DNA of 64,000 nucleotides from Eledone cirrhosa (Eukaryota): assembly GCA_964016885.1 (NCBI GenBank), contig OZ024741.1, positions 276,148,001 through 276,212,000 of the forward strand, in the 5' to 3' direction. Position 1 is the first letter of the stretch; the number at the start of each line of letters is the position of its first letter. Positions 1 to 11,984 of the stretch are shown one piece after another. The notes beneath the pieces are model-generated. The model had not been told where the DNA came from. It worked only from the letters and a program-made list of their open reading frames with translations, and did not search any database. Both the position numbers and the translations under genes were made by a program.

Positions 1-3000
1 AGAGAAATAGGGGTGTGTAGAGTGGAGGCAGAGAAATAGGGGTGTGTAGAGTGATGATAGAGAAATAGGGGTGTGTAGAGTGATGATAGAGAAATAGGGG
101 TGTGTAGAGTGATGATAGAGAAATAGGGGTGTGTAGAGTGGAGGCAGAGAAATAGGGGTGTGTAGAGTGATGATAGAGAAATAGGGGTGTGTAGAGTGAT
201 GATAGAGAAATAGGGGTGTGTAGAGTGATGATAGAGAAATAGGGGTGTGTAGAGTGGGGGCAGAGAAATAGGGGTGTGTAGAGTGGGGGCAGAGAAATAG
301 GGGTGTGTAGAGTGATGATAGAGAAATAGGGGTGTGTAGAGTGATGATAGAGAAATAGGGGTGTGTAGAGTGGGGGCAGAGAAATAGGGGTGTGTAGAGT
401 GATGATAGAGAAATAGGGGTGTGTAGAGTGATGATAGAGAAATAGGGGTGTGTAGAGTGATGATAGAGAAATAGGGGTGTGTAGAGTGATGATAGAGAAA
501 TAGGGGTGTGTAGAGTGATGATAGAGAAATAGGGGTGTGTAGAGTGATGATAGAGAAATAGGGGTGTGTAGAGTGATGATAGAGAAATAGGGGTGTGTAG
601 AGTGATGATAGAGAAATAGGGGTGTGTAGAGTGATGATAGAGAAATAGGGGTGTGTAGAGTGATGATAGAGAAATAGGGGTGTGTAGAGTGGGGGCAGAG
701 AAATAGGGGTGTGTAGAGTGGGGGCAGAGAAATAGGGGTGTGTAGAGTGATGATAGAGAAATAGGGGTGTGTAGAGTGATGATAGAGAAATAGGGGTGTG
801 TAGAGTGGGGGCAGAGAAATAGGGGTGTGTAGAGTGATGATAGAGAAATAGGGGTGTGTAGAGTGATGATAGAGAAATAGGGGTGTGTAGAGTGGGGGCA
901 GAGAAATAGGGGTGTGTAGAGTGATGATAGAGAAATAGGGGTGTGTAGAGTGATGATAGAGAAATAGGGGTGTGTAGAGTGATGATAGAGAAATAGGGGT
1001 GTGTAGAGTGATGATAGAGAAATAGGGGTGTGTAGAGTGGGGGCAGAGAAATAGGGGTGTGTAGAGTGGGGGCAGAGAAATAGGGGTGTGTAGAGTGATG
1101 ATAGAGAAATAGGGGTGTGTAGAGTGATGATAGAGAAATAGGGGTGTGTAGTGGGGGCAGAGAAATAGGGGTGTGTAGAGTGATGATAGAGAAATAGGGG
1201 TGTGTAGAGTGATGATAGAGAAATAGGGGTGTGTAGAGTGATGATAGAGAAATAGGGGTGTGTAGAGTGATGATAGAGAAATAGGGGTGTGTAGAGTGAT
1301 GATAGAGAAATAGGGGTGTGTAGAGTGATGATAGAGAAATAGGGGTGTGTAGAGTGATGATAGAGAAATAGGGGTGTATAGAGTGGGGGCAGAGAAATAG
1401 GGGTGTGTAGAGTGATGATAGAGAAATAGGGGTGTGTAGAGTGATGATAGAGAAATAGGGGTGTGTAGAGTGATGATAGAGAAATAGGGGTGTGTAGAGT
1501 GGGGGCAGAGAAATAGGGGTGTGTAGAGTGATGATAGAGAAATAGGGGTATGTAGAGTGATGATAGAGAAATAGGGGTGTGTAGAGTGATGATAGAGAAA
1601 TAGGGGTGTGTAGAGTGATGATAGAGAAATAGGGGTGTGTAGAGTGATGATAGAGAAATAGGGGTGTGTAGAGTGGGGGCAGAGAAATAGGGGTGTGTAG
1701 AGTGGGGGCAGAGAAATAGGGGTGTGTAGAGTGATGATAGAGAAATAGGGGTGTGTAGAGTGGGGGCAGAGAAATAGGGGTGCGTAGAGTGATGATAGAG
1801 AAATAGGGGTGTGTAGAGTGATGATAGAGAAATAGGGGTGTGTAGAGTGATGATAGAGAAATAGGGGTGTGTAGAGTGATGATAGAGAAATAGGGGTGTG
1901 TAGAGTGATGATAGAGAAATAGGGGTGTGTAGAGTGGGGGCAGAGAAATAGGGGTGTGTAGAGTGATGATAGAGAAATAGGGGTGTGTAGAGTGATGATA
2001 GAGAAATAGGGGTGTGTAGAGTGGGGGCAGAGAAATAGGGGTGTGTAGAGTGATGATAGAGAAATAGGGGTGTGTAGAGTGATGATAGAGAAATAGGGGT
2101 GTGTAGAGTGATGATAGAGAAATAGGGGTGTGTAGAGTGATGATAGAGAAATAGGGGTGTGTAGAGTGGGGGCAGAGAAATAGGGGTGTGTAGAGTGATG
2201 ATAGAGAAATAGGGGTGTGTAGAGTGATGATAGAGAAATAGGGGTGTGTAGAGTGATGATAGAGAAATAGGGGTGTGTAGAGTGGGGGCAGAGAAATAGG
2301 GGTGTGTAGAGTGATGATAGAGAAATAGGGGTGTGTAGAGTGATGATAGAGAAATAGGGGTGTGTAGAGTGATGATAGAGAAATAGGGGTGTGTAGAGTG
2401 ATGATAGAGAAATAGGGGTGTGTAGAGTGATGATAGAGAAATAGGGGTGTGTAGAGTGATGATAGAGAAATAGGGGTGTGTAGAGTGATGATAGAGAAAT
2501 AGGGGTGTGTAGAGTGATGATAGAGAAATAGGGGTGTGTAGAGTGGGGGCAGAGAAATAGGGGTGTGTAGAGTGGGGGCAGAGAAATAGGGGTGTGTAGA
2601 GTGATGATAGAGAAATAGGGGTGTGTAGAGTGATGATAGAGAAATAGGGGTGTGTAGAGTGATGATAGAGAAATAGGGGTGTGTAGAGTGGGGGCAGAGA
2701 AATAGGGGTGTGTAGAGTGATGATAGAGAAATAGGGGTGTGTAGAGTGGGGGCAGAGAAATAGGGGTGTGTAGAGTGGGGGCAGAGAAATAGGGGTGTGT
2801 AGAGTGATGATAGAGAAATAGGGGTGTGTAGAGTGATGATAGAGAAATAGGGGTGTGTAGAGTGATGATAGAGAAATAGGGGTGTGTAGAGTGATGATAG
2901 AGAAATAGGGGTGTGTAGAGTGATGATAGAGAAATAGGGGTGTGTAGAGTGATGATAGAGAAATAGGGGTGTGTAGAGTGGTGGCAGAGAAATAGGGGTG

Positions 3001-4386
3001 TGTAGAGTGATGATAGAGGAATAGGGGTGTGTAGAGTGATGATAGAGAAATAAGGGTGTGTAGAGTGATGATAGAGAAATAGGGGTGTGTAGAGTGATGA
3101 TAGAGAAATAGGGGTGTGTAGAGTGGGGGCAGAGAAATAGGGGTGTGTAGAGTGGGGGCAGAGAAATAGGGGTGTGTAGAGTGATGATAGAGAAATAGGG
3201 GTGTGTAGAGTGATGATAGAGAAATAGGGGTGTGTAGAGTGATGATAGAGAAATAGGGGTGTGTAGAGTGGGGGCAGAGAAATAGGGGTGTGTAGAGTGA
3301 TGATAGAGAAATAGGGGTGTGTAGAGTGGGGACAGAGAAATAGGGGTGTGTAGAGTGGGGGCAGAGAAATAGGGGTGTGTAGAGTGATGATAGAGAAATA
3401 GGGGTGTGTAGAGTGGGGGCAGAGAAATAGGGGTGTGTAGAGTGATGATAGAGAAATAGGGGTGTGTAGAGTGATGATAGAGAAATAGGGGTGTGTAGAG
3501 TGGGGTCAGAGAAATAGGGGTGTGTAGAGTGATGATAGAGAAATAGGGGTGTGTAGAGTGATGATAGAGAAATAGGGGTGTGTAGAGTGATGATAGAGAA
3601 ATAGGGGTATGTAGAGTGATGATAGAGAAATAGGGGTGTGTAGAGTGATGATAGAGAAATAGGGGTGTGTAGAGTGGGGGCAGAGAAATAGGGGTGTGTA
3701 GAGTGATGATAGAGAAATAGGGGTGTGTAGAGTGATGATAGAGAAATAGGGGTGTGTAGAGTGGGGGCAGAGAAATAGGGGTGTGTAGAGTGGGGGCAGA
3801 GAAATAGGGGTGTGTAGAGTGATGATAGAGAAATAGGGGTGTGTAGAGTGATGATAGAGAAATAGGGGTGTGTAGAGTGATGATAGAGAAATAGGGGTGT
3901 GTAGAGTGGGGGCAGAGAAATAGGGGTGTGTAGAGTGGGGGCAGAGAAATAGGGGTGTGTAGAGTGATGATAGAGAAATAGGGGTGTGTAGAGTGATGAT
4001 AGAGAAATAGGGGTGTGTAGAGTGATGATAGAGAAATAGGGGTGTGTAGAGTGGGGGCAGAGAAATAGGGGTGTGTAGAGTGATGATAGAGAAATAGGGG
4101 TGTGTAGAGTGATGATAGAGAAATAGGGGTGTGTAGAGTGGGGGCAGAGAAATAGGGGTGTGTAGAGTGGGGGCAGAGAAATAGGGGTGTGTAGAGTGGG
4201 GGCAGAGAAATAGGGGTGTGTAGAGTGGGGGCAGAGAAATAGGGGTGTGTAGAGTGATGATAGAGAAATAGGGGTGTGTAGAGTGATGATAGAGAAATAG
4301 GGGTGTGTAGAGTGGAGGCAGAGAAATAGGGGTGTGTAGAGTGATGATAGAGAAATAGGGGTGTGTAGAGTGGAGGCAGAGAAATA
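1..4386. repeat. 29-bp G-rich minisatellite (~150 units, runs off window start), inside a CutC intron
   Basis: Unit AGAGAAATAGGGGTGTGTAGAGTG followed by ATGAT or GGGGC, repeated head to tail. Confidence 0.98.
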
Positions 4387-4389
4387 AAA

Positions 4390-4632
4390 GTGTTCTGTAG
4401 ATGTGTTCTGTAGGTGCGTTCTGTAGATGTGTTCTGTAGATGTGTTCTGTAGGTGCGTTCTGTAGATGTGTTCTGTAGGTGTGTTCTGTAGGTGTGTTCT
4501 GTAGGTGTGTTCTGTAGATGTGTTCTGTAGGTGTGTTCTGTAGATGTGTTCTGTAAATGTGTTCTGTAAATGTGTTCTATAAATGTGTTCTGTAGGTGTG
4601 TTCTGTAGGTGTGTTCTGTAGATGTGTTCTGT
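4390..4632. repeat. 14-bp tandem repeat TGTGTTCTGTAG(A/G), just downstream of the CutC exon 5 donor
   Basis: About 17 copies visible directly. Confidence 0.95.
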
Positions 4633-4648
4633 GTGTAAAACAACTTAC

Positions 4649-4684
4649 CCCGGTGGAATGTCACAGGTAAGGGAGAGGCCAAAG
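4649..4684 (-). CDS. CUTC: Copper homeostasis protein CutC, coding exon 5 ((A)LASPLPVTFHR)
   Basis: tttattgcag|CTTTGGCC...CACCGGG|gtaagt; 36 nt, phase 1-1; contains the conserved CutC motif PLPVTFHR. Confidence 0.93.
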
Positions 4685-4829
4685 CTGCAATAAAGTAAAA
4701 TGTGTTACATTAGTGTTACCTAGTTTTTGTTTAGCCCTAGGCCAGCTGTGATCAAGCTGACCTATGAACACAAAACATTCCTGTCATGACCCCTAGGTCT
4801 CTTGTTTTTAAAGGATTTCAGTCCTATCA

Positions 4830-4935
4830 AAGACATGACAACCTCCCTAGTGTTGGGGATCCACATGATAAACACTCTGTAAAATTGTTGATTAGAGGAA
4901 AGTCATCCTACTGTAGAACCCATGCCAAATAAAGA
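4830..4935 (+). mobile_element. SINE fragment sharing the RTE-type 3' tail
   Basis: ATGACAACCTCCCTAGTGTTGG...ACTCTGTAAA...GTAGAAACC resembles copies at 29790-30290. Confidence 0.55.
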
Positions 4936-5254
4936 GTTTGGAGGTGCTCTTCTTCAGCTGTGTCAAATACATAACAACTTCCCTAGTGATGGTGCCATGA
5001 TAAAATATTCTCAGTGTGAAATCATATGTAAGATGCAAGCCCCTGACCCATCTTGTGTACTGACTCAATCTGTGAAGACCCATCCAACCCTTGAGAGCGA
5101 GAAAGACAGAGGCAGTGAATGAAAGAGAAAGAACATCAATACTCACATCCACATGGTAAATCAGGCATAAATTAGTTTATTGAAAAAAGAAAGTATTGAA
5201 CTGGTACTTCTGAGAAATGTGAAGGATGGTCATATTGAAATATAGCAGATGTTT

Positions 5255-5530
5255 TAATGATAATGAAATTATTGTGTACAGTGCTCAGGTGCACTACAAC
5301 TCATCAAAGGTGCATGTATAGTACATAGAATAATGTACAAATGTTAGGAAAATGAACAGTGCATGAGTCATGAAATACATGTGTGTTTGTGTATGGAGGG
5401 GGGATACCAGGCATAGTGTTGGCGAATCTCAGGAAGGATGCAGCGTCTCGACAGCTAATAACTGATGCAGGTAGTTTGTTCCATGCTTCAGCAACTCTGA
5501 ACGTGAAAAATGTTTCCAAAGTCATGAGAG
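5255..5530 (-). mobile_element. CR1/L2-like LINE 3' end
   Basis: Translates FFTFRVAEAWNKLPASVI (CR1-type C-terminus). Same 3' UTR at 10010-10180 and 29115-29160; continues the sequence at the end of 21080-22445. Confidence 0.8.
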
Positions 5531-5796
5531 CTGTGTTGTTTTCTGACTTTGTTGGACATCAAGACAATCGTAGGTTATCAAACTTTGCATCACAACCACA
5601 GTATCACAGCCTGTTTAACTGTTTACTTGTTTACCTGGTTCTGTTACAGCAGAAGTTCTCAAAGTGGGTGTTACCACCTGCCAAAGGGCATTGAGAAGGT
5701 GTGGGGGTGCTACAGCATAAGCGAGGATGGGAGGGGGTCAGTAGAGATGATATAGTAGTATATTAAATATCATATACATATGTATATATATATATA

Positions 5797-5949
5797 CAGG
5801 TAAAATTCGGTATTAACAAATTTTTCAGTGTAATTTTTTCAATCAAAAGCCCACACTCAATGTGTTAGGTCGATCTATTATAAAGAATTTTTCATTACTA
5901 TGAATTATTTTTTATACCACATGAATTCTGTTATAACAAAATTTCACTG
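5797..5949. mobile_element. Tc1/mariner (pogo/Tigger-like) MITE
   Basis: TA|CAGGTAAAATTCGGTATTAACAAA ... TTCTGTTATAACAAAATTTCACTG|TA; imperfect TIRs with TA flanks. Confidence 0.55.
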
Positions 5950-6059
5950 TATTATTTGTTATATATTATATTATATGTGTGTGTGAGAGTTCCCACCTAT
6001 GCAGGTTTAGCTGGCCTCCTCCAAGGTATATCTCATTGGAGGTGTCTTGGGTAATTTAA

Positions 6060-6222
6060 TGATAGGGACCCCTATCATCTCATTTCTACAGCTGAGTAAA
6101 CTGGAGCAACGTGACATAAAGTGTCTTGCTCAAGGTAACAACATATCACTCGGTTCAATAATTGAACTCACAACCTTTCAATTGCAAGCCCAATGCTCTA
6201 ACCACTAAGCCATGCGCCTTCA
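6060..6222 (-). mobile_element. tRNA-derived SINE (CORE/Meta-like central domain)
   Basis: Minus strand GGCGCATGGCTTAGTGGTTAG (A box), GAGTTCAATT (B box), CCTTGAGCAAGACACTT; homologous to 62690-62853 and 56974-57230. Confidence 0.8.
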
Positions 6223-7158
6223 CTATATTATATATATATTTATTATATATAAATTAACGAATTTTGGGCAGTGGCCCAAAAAGTTTGAGAACTCTGTTAC
6301 ATGCTTACAGGTTGTAACAAAGAAGAAAGAAGTGAGGGGAAGGCAGGCATTTTATATTCTAGATTTTAGAAAAACACTAACAAAACAAAGCACATATTGT
6401 TTTGTTGTTGTTAATATATGTATATAAAACTGGGTAGAAAGGAAAAACCAGTTACAAATATTTTACATTTTCTTGTCAACAAGTTTGGTCTATTTTTTTG
6501 CACAACCTACACAAATATTTGGTCACATACATATATATATAGCAATTATTTGATGGTTGTGTTGGTAGTGATTGTATTGTGGTGTTGATTCATTTGTTGC
6601 ACCTGTGCTCACCTGTAACTTGCAGTGTAAGCAGAGGTAGTTCCTTGATAATGCAGAAAATGAATATGAATATATATAAATGAACCAAGATGTCACCAAA
6701 CCGGTATATTATTAATTTATTGAAAATAGCTCACGCCGAAGCTATACAATAAATAGACAAGAATTATGGGCATAATTTGTTTGTTTGTAAAAGTAGAATT
6801 AAATTGTTAAATTGTATTTACCAAGAAAACTTCATGAACTTCACTGGCTTGGTTAAGAGAGAGACCAAGAGATAGAGATTGAGTGAAAGAGAGAGTAAGA
6901 GAAAGTAAGAGTCTGTAAGACCCCAAGAGGTCAGTAGGGTGCAATAGTTCACATGTTCATTCTATCAAGAACCGCTTGGAACTGCTGCGGGCTAGATCTA
7001 AGGCAGGCTATTAATCGCTGTCGCTTCCTCTGTCCCCAAGCCTTGAGAACAAAGGGCTTACTTCTAGCAGGCATCCACTCTCAGACTTGTTGACACCCAA
7101 AAGGAGATAAGCCAGTTAATGACCGTTAATGTCACTCAGGGGTCAAGGACAGATTTCG

Positions 7159-7194
<36 letters not shown>

Positions 7195-7809
7195 GTGTGA
7201 CACACACAGCATGGAAAATGGACGTTAAACGATGATGATGATATACATATCATCATCATCGTTTAACATCCATCTTCCACGCTAGCATGGGTTAGACGAG
7301 ATTATCCCACTTGAAACAAGATTAGTCGGGTGACCAATAAAGAGGGTGTGGTAAGATACCAGGTTGACCATAACGCACCAGAGTACTCAATACTTAGGGT
7401 AGTAGAGTGAGTAATAGGAAAAGAGTCAGGACACTGACAGCTGAGCTCCGGACGTTTCAACAGCTAGATCCAAACTAAACCACCAGTATTAGAATGACAG
7501 GAATCTAGCTGAACTTATGAAAGGGTACAGTCCATATATGGGCATGCAGTCAAAGCAAAAAAAGCAAACAAATCTAAGCAAAAAATCCTAAAAGTTTGTT
7601 GTTTTTCTTGTCTGTCACGGGGAGTGGTTAATGATCTGAGATGTGGTGTTCATAGTGGCTGGGGGCTAAACAGGCCTGAAAAACAAGGAGGAAGGGGTAA
7701 GAAGGCAGACTGACCTGTGCAAACAAAACTGCAAAGGCATTTCCACAGATAATGGCAACACCCACTGCAACAGCCACACCACCACAAGTGGCTGCTCCTC
7801 AAACATGCT

Positions 7810-7905
7810 GTTGACATTCGGATTTTACAAAGGAGCTCAACAGTACATGGTCCAAAGATGGCTGAGGTCTCAATGGAGACGAGTGCGAAGAGGAAGCGGC
7901 TGAAC
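7810..7905 (-). mobile_element. Possible CRE-clade retrotransposon endonuclease relic
   Basis: RFLFALVSIETSAIFGPCTVELLCKI resembles the F-x-P-x-x-x-E-T-x-G-x-x-G-P segment of restriction-like endonuclease (RLE) domains. Confidence 0.4.
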
Positions 7906-8011
7906 AAGCCCTAATCTGGTATTTTATTTTATGTAAGCTAGCCTGTAAGGATGAAAGGTAAAGGTGACCTCAGTAGTATTTGAACTCAGAACATAAAGGA
8001 CTGTTACTTAC

Positions 8012-8052
8012 CAATTAATTCTTGACACTGTTCCTTATTTACAGTTCCATCT
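8012..8052 (-). CDS. CUTC: CutC coding exon 4 (DGTVNKEQCQELI)
   Basis: ttctctttgcag|AGATGGAACT...TTAATTG|gtaagt; 41 nt, phase 2-1, joins exons 3 and 5 in frame; corresponds to human DGHIDKELCMSLM. Confidence 0.92.
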
Positions 8053-8211
8053 CTGCAAAGAGAAATATCTAAGATAATTTTCATTTTTTTTTTTTTTTAC
8101 CTACAACAGAAGTTTCTAGAGAAGACAGGAGCACTTCTTAGATATCCACCAACCAGAAACCAGGCCTGGTTCTAAGATACAAAACTGTTGATTTTTTTTT
8201 AAAGAGTTTAA

Positions 8212-8432
8212 CCCTTTAGCATTTACATTACTCTATATATACTCTTATATTTTCACGGTAAAGGCTTTAACTCACATGATTATCTCAAATAATATTGAAT
8301 CTATGAGATTTTGATATTATTTATTTGGGGTACAATACCTTAACATCAGTATGAGCGGCCAGTTACAGCCAGTTTGAACAGAAAGAGGTGTAAGAATTAT
8401 GGTCAGATACAGCCGGTTTAAATGCTAAAGGG
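8212..8432. mobile_element. piggyBac-type MITE
   Basis: TTAA|CCCTTTAGCATTTA ... TAAATGCTAAAGGG|TTAA; perfect 14-bp TIRs and TTAA target duplication. Confidence 0.88.
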
Positions 8433-8530
8433 TTAAATTTATCCAAAGATGAAATATTGACAGAGTTGTTAGAACATTGAAGAGGATGTTTTGTGGTACC
8501 AGGTCTGGTTCTAAGATACCAGGCTATTTA

Positions 8531-9217
8531 TAGTAAGTTCCCACCTTACGAATATCCTACAACACAGATATGAACAGTTTCATGAAGTAAAAATATGTTG
8601 TCGGTGCTTAACATTTGCATTTTTGTGGGCTCTTTTTGGCCCTGGGTTTCTTCTTTTGTGCCATAAAAAATGGTCCCTTTTTTTTTTGCAGCATAAAAAA
8701 GGGTTACTTCTTTTGCAGCATAAAAACAAGCCAAAATCGTTCTTACGATATGGGATACTATACTGTTTTGGCAGACTTGAAAAAGTACATTTTTTCTTTA
8801 ACAATTTATTGTATTTAAATTTCATTTCATTATTACATGTTATATATACCTCTATATACTGTATATATACCTCTCTATTACATGTTACATATACCTCTAT
8901 ATTACATGTTATATATACCTCTATATTACATGTTATATATACCTCTATATACTGTATATATATATATCTATATTACATGTTATATATATACCTCTATATA
9001 CAGTATGTATATATTACATGTTATATATACCTCTATATACAGTATGTATATATTACATGTTATATATACCTCTATATACTATATATATATATATCACTCA
9101 TATGGACACCTACAGTATCAATGTACCATATATAGGCTTACTGGTACGGACTGTGTTAGACAATCAACTTATGAACAAATCAACTAACAAACTCATTTGT
9201 AAGTTGGGGACTTACTG
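8531..9217. mobile_element. Tigger/pogo-like non-autonomous DNA transposon containing an AT-rich minisatellite (8825-9090)
   Basis: TA|TAGTAAGTTCCCACCTTACGAAT ... ATTTGTAAGTTGGGGACTTACTG|TA. Confidence 0.6.
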
Positions 9218-9631
9218 TATATTTATCCAAAAGTGAAAAATCAGCAGAGTTGTTAGAACATTGGATAGAATGGTTTGTGGTATTCATTCCAGTCTCTCTG
9301 TGCTCTGTGTTCAAAACCCACAGAGATTAACTTTGCCTTTCATCCTTTTGATATGAATAAAAAAAAAGTACCAGACCAATACAGGTGTTGATTCTTCCTC
9401 TATATCTCTTTTCTCTCTCTCTCTGTGGAAGAAATTAGCTATGTCCAGACCAGGAGAGGGGTTGGGACAAGGGTAGGTTCCACCACGTTTAAAATGGCCA
9501 AAGCTCCAGAGCACCTCTACAACCTCAGCAGCAGTAATGTGTCTATACCTATAAATTTATCCAAAAACCTTTCATCAGAATTTCAATAACTGAAACTAAA
9601 AAAAAAAAAAAAAGTCAAGAAATATATGAAC

Positions 9632-9800
9632 CTGTTTAAGATTCCCAAAACAAAGCCATCAGCACCAGCATGGCGCAGTGCTGTTAAATCTCGCTTCAAG
9701 ACATCCAATTCATCTTGGCTGTAGAAGAAGTCTCCAGCTCGAGGTCGAAGCATCACCATTATTGGGATGTTGGTTTTCTCCTTCATAACCTCCAGCAGTC
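9632..9800 (-). CDS. CUTC: CutC coding exon 3 (LLEVMKEKTNIPIMVMLRPRAGDFFYSQDELDVLKRDLTALRHAGADGFVLGILN)
   Basis: tttccaacag|GACTG...AACAG|gttcat; 169 nt, phase 1-2; CutC motifs VMxRPRxGDFxY and GADGFVxG. Confidence 0.97.
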
Positions 9801-9825
9801 CTGTTGGAAACAACCCTAGTAATGT

Positions 9826-9984
9826 CAGCAACAACAACGACACCAACATCAAAAACAGCAGCAGTAGCAGCAACAACAGAAATAGCAGCAGCAACAGCAG
9901 CAACACCAACATCAAAATCAACAGCAGCAACAACAACAAAAATAGCAACAACAACAATGACAACAACAACAATAACAACAACAT
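9826..9984. repeat. (CAA/CAG)n imperfect trinucleotide repeat just upstream of the CutC exon 3 acceptor
   Basis: Visible directly; produces the poly-L, poly-N/S and poly-T ORFs. Confidence 0.9.
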
Positions 9985-10859
9985 CCTTTGAGATTCACCA
10001 ACACTACACCTGATGTCCCCCCCCCCTCCTTACACACGCACACATGTATTTCATGACTCATACACTGTTCACTTTCCTGACATTTGTACATTATTCTATG
10101 TACTATACATGCACCTTTGATGAGTTGTAGTGCACCTGAGCACTGTACACAATAATTTCATTATTATTATTATTATTATATTTACAGGTTTACATTCTCC
10201 AGTTTACATCAAATATATTATTTAAAAAGATGATTGGTTAACGAACTCCAAACATTTGTTTGATCACTGTGAAGTGGAGTGGCTGATGCAGTGGCTAATG
10301 CTGGCTGTTCTCCATGGCAATGCCTTTGCCATCTTGTCCACAGGACACAATTAAGGGATACCACATAGGCAGAGATATAAAGCCTGCCCCTCCTATCCCC
10401 CTTCTTCATATTTTCATTATTTTATATTTTTCTTCAGCCCCGTTTATTATGCAAAATATTTATGCAAATAAATAAACTTTATCAGCTTCCAAAGATCAGA
10501 GAGTCACTCCAGGTAGAGCCGCTACTTCTCTGAACTGAGACCAGCAGAAGACCCAGGGGTAAACACTGAGCAAGATAGTTGCATAACATCCATGAGCTTG
10601 GCTGGTCTCGCTTGGGGATCCAGCCAGAACAGTTGGAGACGGTTGCTTCTGACAAGACCCGCTGGAAGGAGTGTTTGAGGACTCTTCCCCCATGACCCTC
10701 TCAGGAATAAGTGGGGGAAGAAGAAGAGATTCTTTTGTATGACTTGTATTGTTTTACTTATTGTTAACTTACAAGTCTATAAGTAAAACCTGATGCTGAT
10801 TGACCTTTTTCCCACTTAGGCAAGTAGAATGAAGTGTCTTGCCTAAGGAAGAGAAGACT

Positions 10860-11572
10860 TTGTTTTTAGAAGATGCACAGGAGTAACTGATGGGAAGACA
10901 GCCAGTGATATAAACCTTTTCCAGACACAGGAAGTGCTCCTAGATGTGGTTGATAGCTTCTGCTATCTAGACAACATAATTAGCAAGGAAAGAGGGTGCT
11001 CTGAGAACATAATAGCAAAAATAAGGAGAGGGTGGAAAAGGTTTAGAGAGCTACACCCACTGTTGACCACAAAAGGTTTTTCCCTAAGTACAAATGGACA
11101 ACTGTATGATATCTGTGTGTGAAGTGTGATGCTGCATGATAGTGAAACATGTGTAGACTGGAGAGAAATAAAGTAACCATGTTCCGTTGGATGTGCAACG
11201 TATATGTGAGAGAAAAGCAGAGCTTGAACGGAAGGAATCTGAGGTGGTGTGTAAGAGAGGAGTCTGTGTTGCTTTGGAATCTGAGGTGGTGTGTAAGAAA
11301 GAAGTATGCATTGGTTTGGACACATGACGCACGTGGACAATGATCGTTGGGTGAAGAAGTGTCAGGAAATGCCAGTGGAAGGAATCCATGGTAGAGGTAA
11401 ACCAAGAAAGACCTGGACAGAAGTTGTGAGAGCTGACCTCAAATCACTGAGACTCACAGAAGTGATGACAAAGGATTGCAATATGTGGAGAGATGCCATG
11501 CTGAGTAGGACCTGTCCAGCCCATGCAAGCATGGAAAAGCAGACGTAAAAACGATAATGATGATGATGATTA
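10860..11572 (+). mobile_element. RTE-clade LINE, degraded 3' fragment with (GAT)n tail
   Basis: VDSFCYLDNIIS, LHDSETC, WFGHMTH, RGKPRKTWTEVV; ends CATGCAAGCATGGAAAAGCAGACGTAAAACGATAATGATGAT. Confidence 0.9.
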
Positions 11573-11630
11573 ATACTACTGTATTTAGTAATTAGTACCA
11601 ATGTAATTAATGTGATAATAAGTCTCTTAC

Positions 11631-11690
11631 CAACAGATGGAGTAGTACCCCCTTCAACAAGGTTTGAACATAATTCCAGTCGGGTGGCAC
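11631..11690 (-). CDS. CUTC: CutC coding exon 2 (GATRLELCSNLVEGGTTPSV)
   Basis: atttttag|GTGCCACC...TCTGTTG|gtaaga; 60 nt, phase 1-1; hallmark RxELCxxLxEGGxTPS. Confidence 0.97.
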
Positions 11691-11984
11691 CTAAAAATAG
11701 TTAACAAAATTAGAAACAAAGTGCATCAACTATTATTTTAGTCATTTACATTGGCATACACACATTTCAAATTTTCCTACTGTTTCTTAAGTCAACCACT
11801 TGCTTTGCACTTCTAACTACAACTTAAAATAAGCAGGATTAGAGGCCAGTGGATCTTTAATGTAGTGGTAAACAGAGGCTTAAACAGACAGAATTGGTGA
11901 CTCTTTAGATTGCAGGCCCATTGCCAGTTTTTATGGCATGAAATGGAGACTGCAAAAAGCCTAAACATGTCCTTGGTTAACCCG

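Noticed and set aside
1-4386. Telomeric repeat
   Set aside because: The unit is 29 bp with TAGGGG rather than (TTAGGG)n, and it lies inside a gene whose remaining exons must be further left
6612-6642. Possible 31-nt minus-strand cassette exon (ag|GAAC...ACAG|gtgagc)
   Set aside because: It would frameshift CutC, whose exons 4 and 5 already join in frame; no homology
9583-9984. 133-aa ORF with a poly-Leu signal or membrane segment fused to CutC
   Set aside because: The poly-Leu is an intronic trinucleotide repeat upstream of the acceptor at 9801; only 9632-9800 is exon
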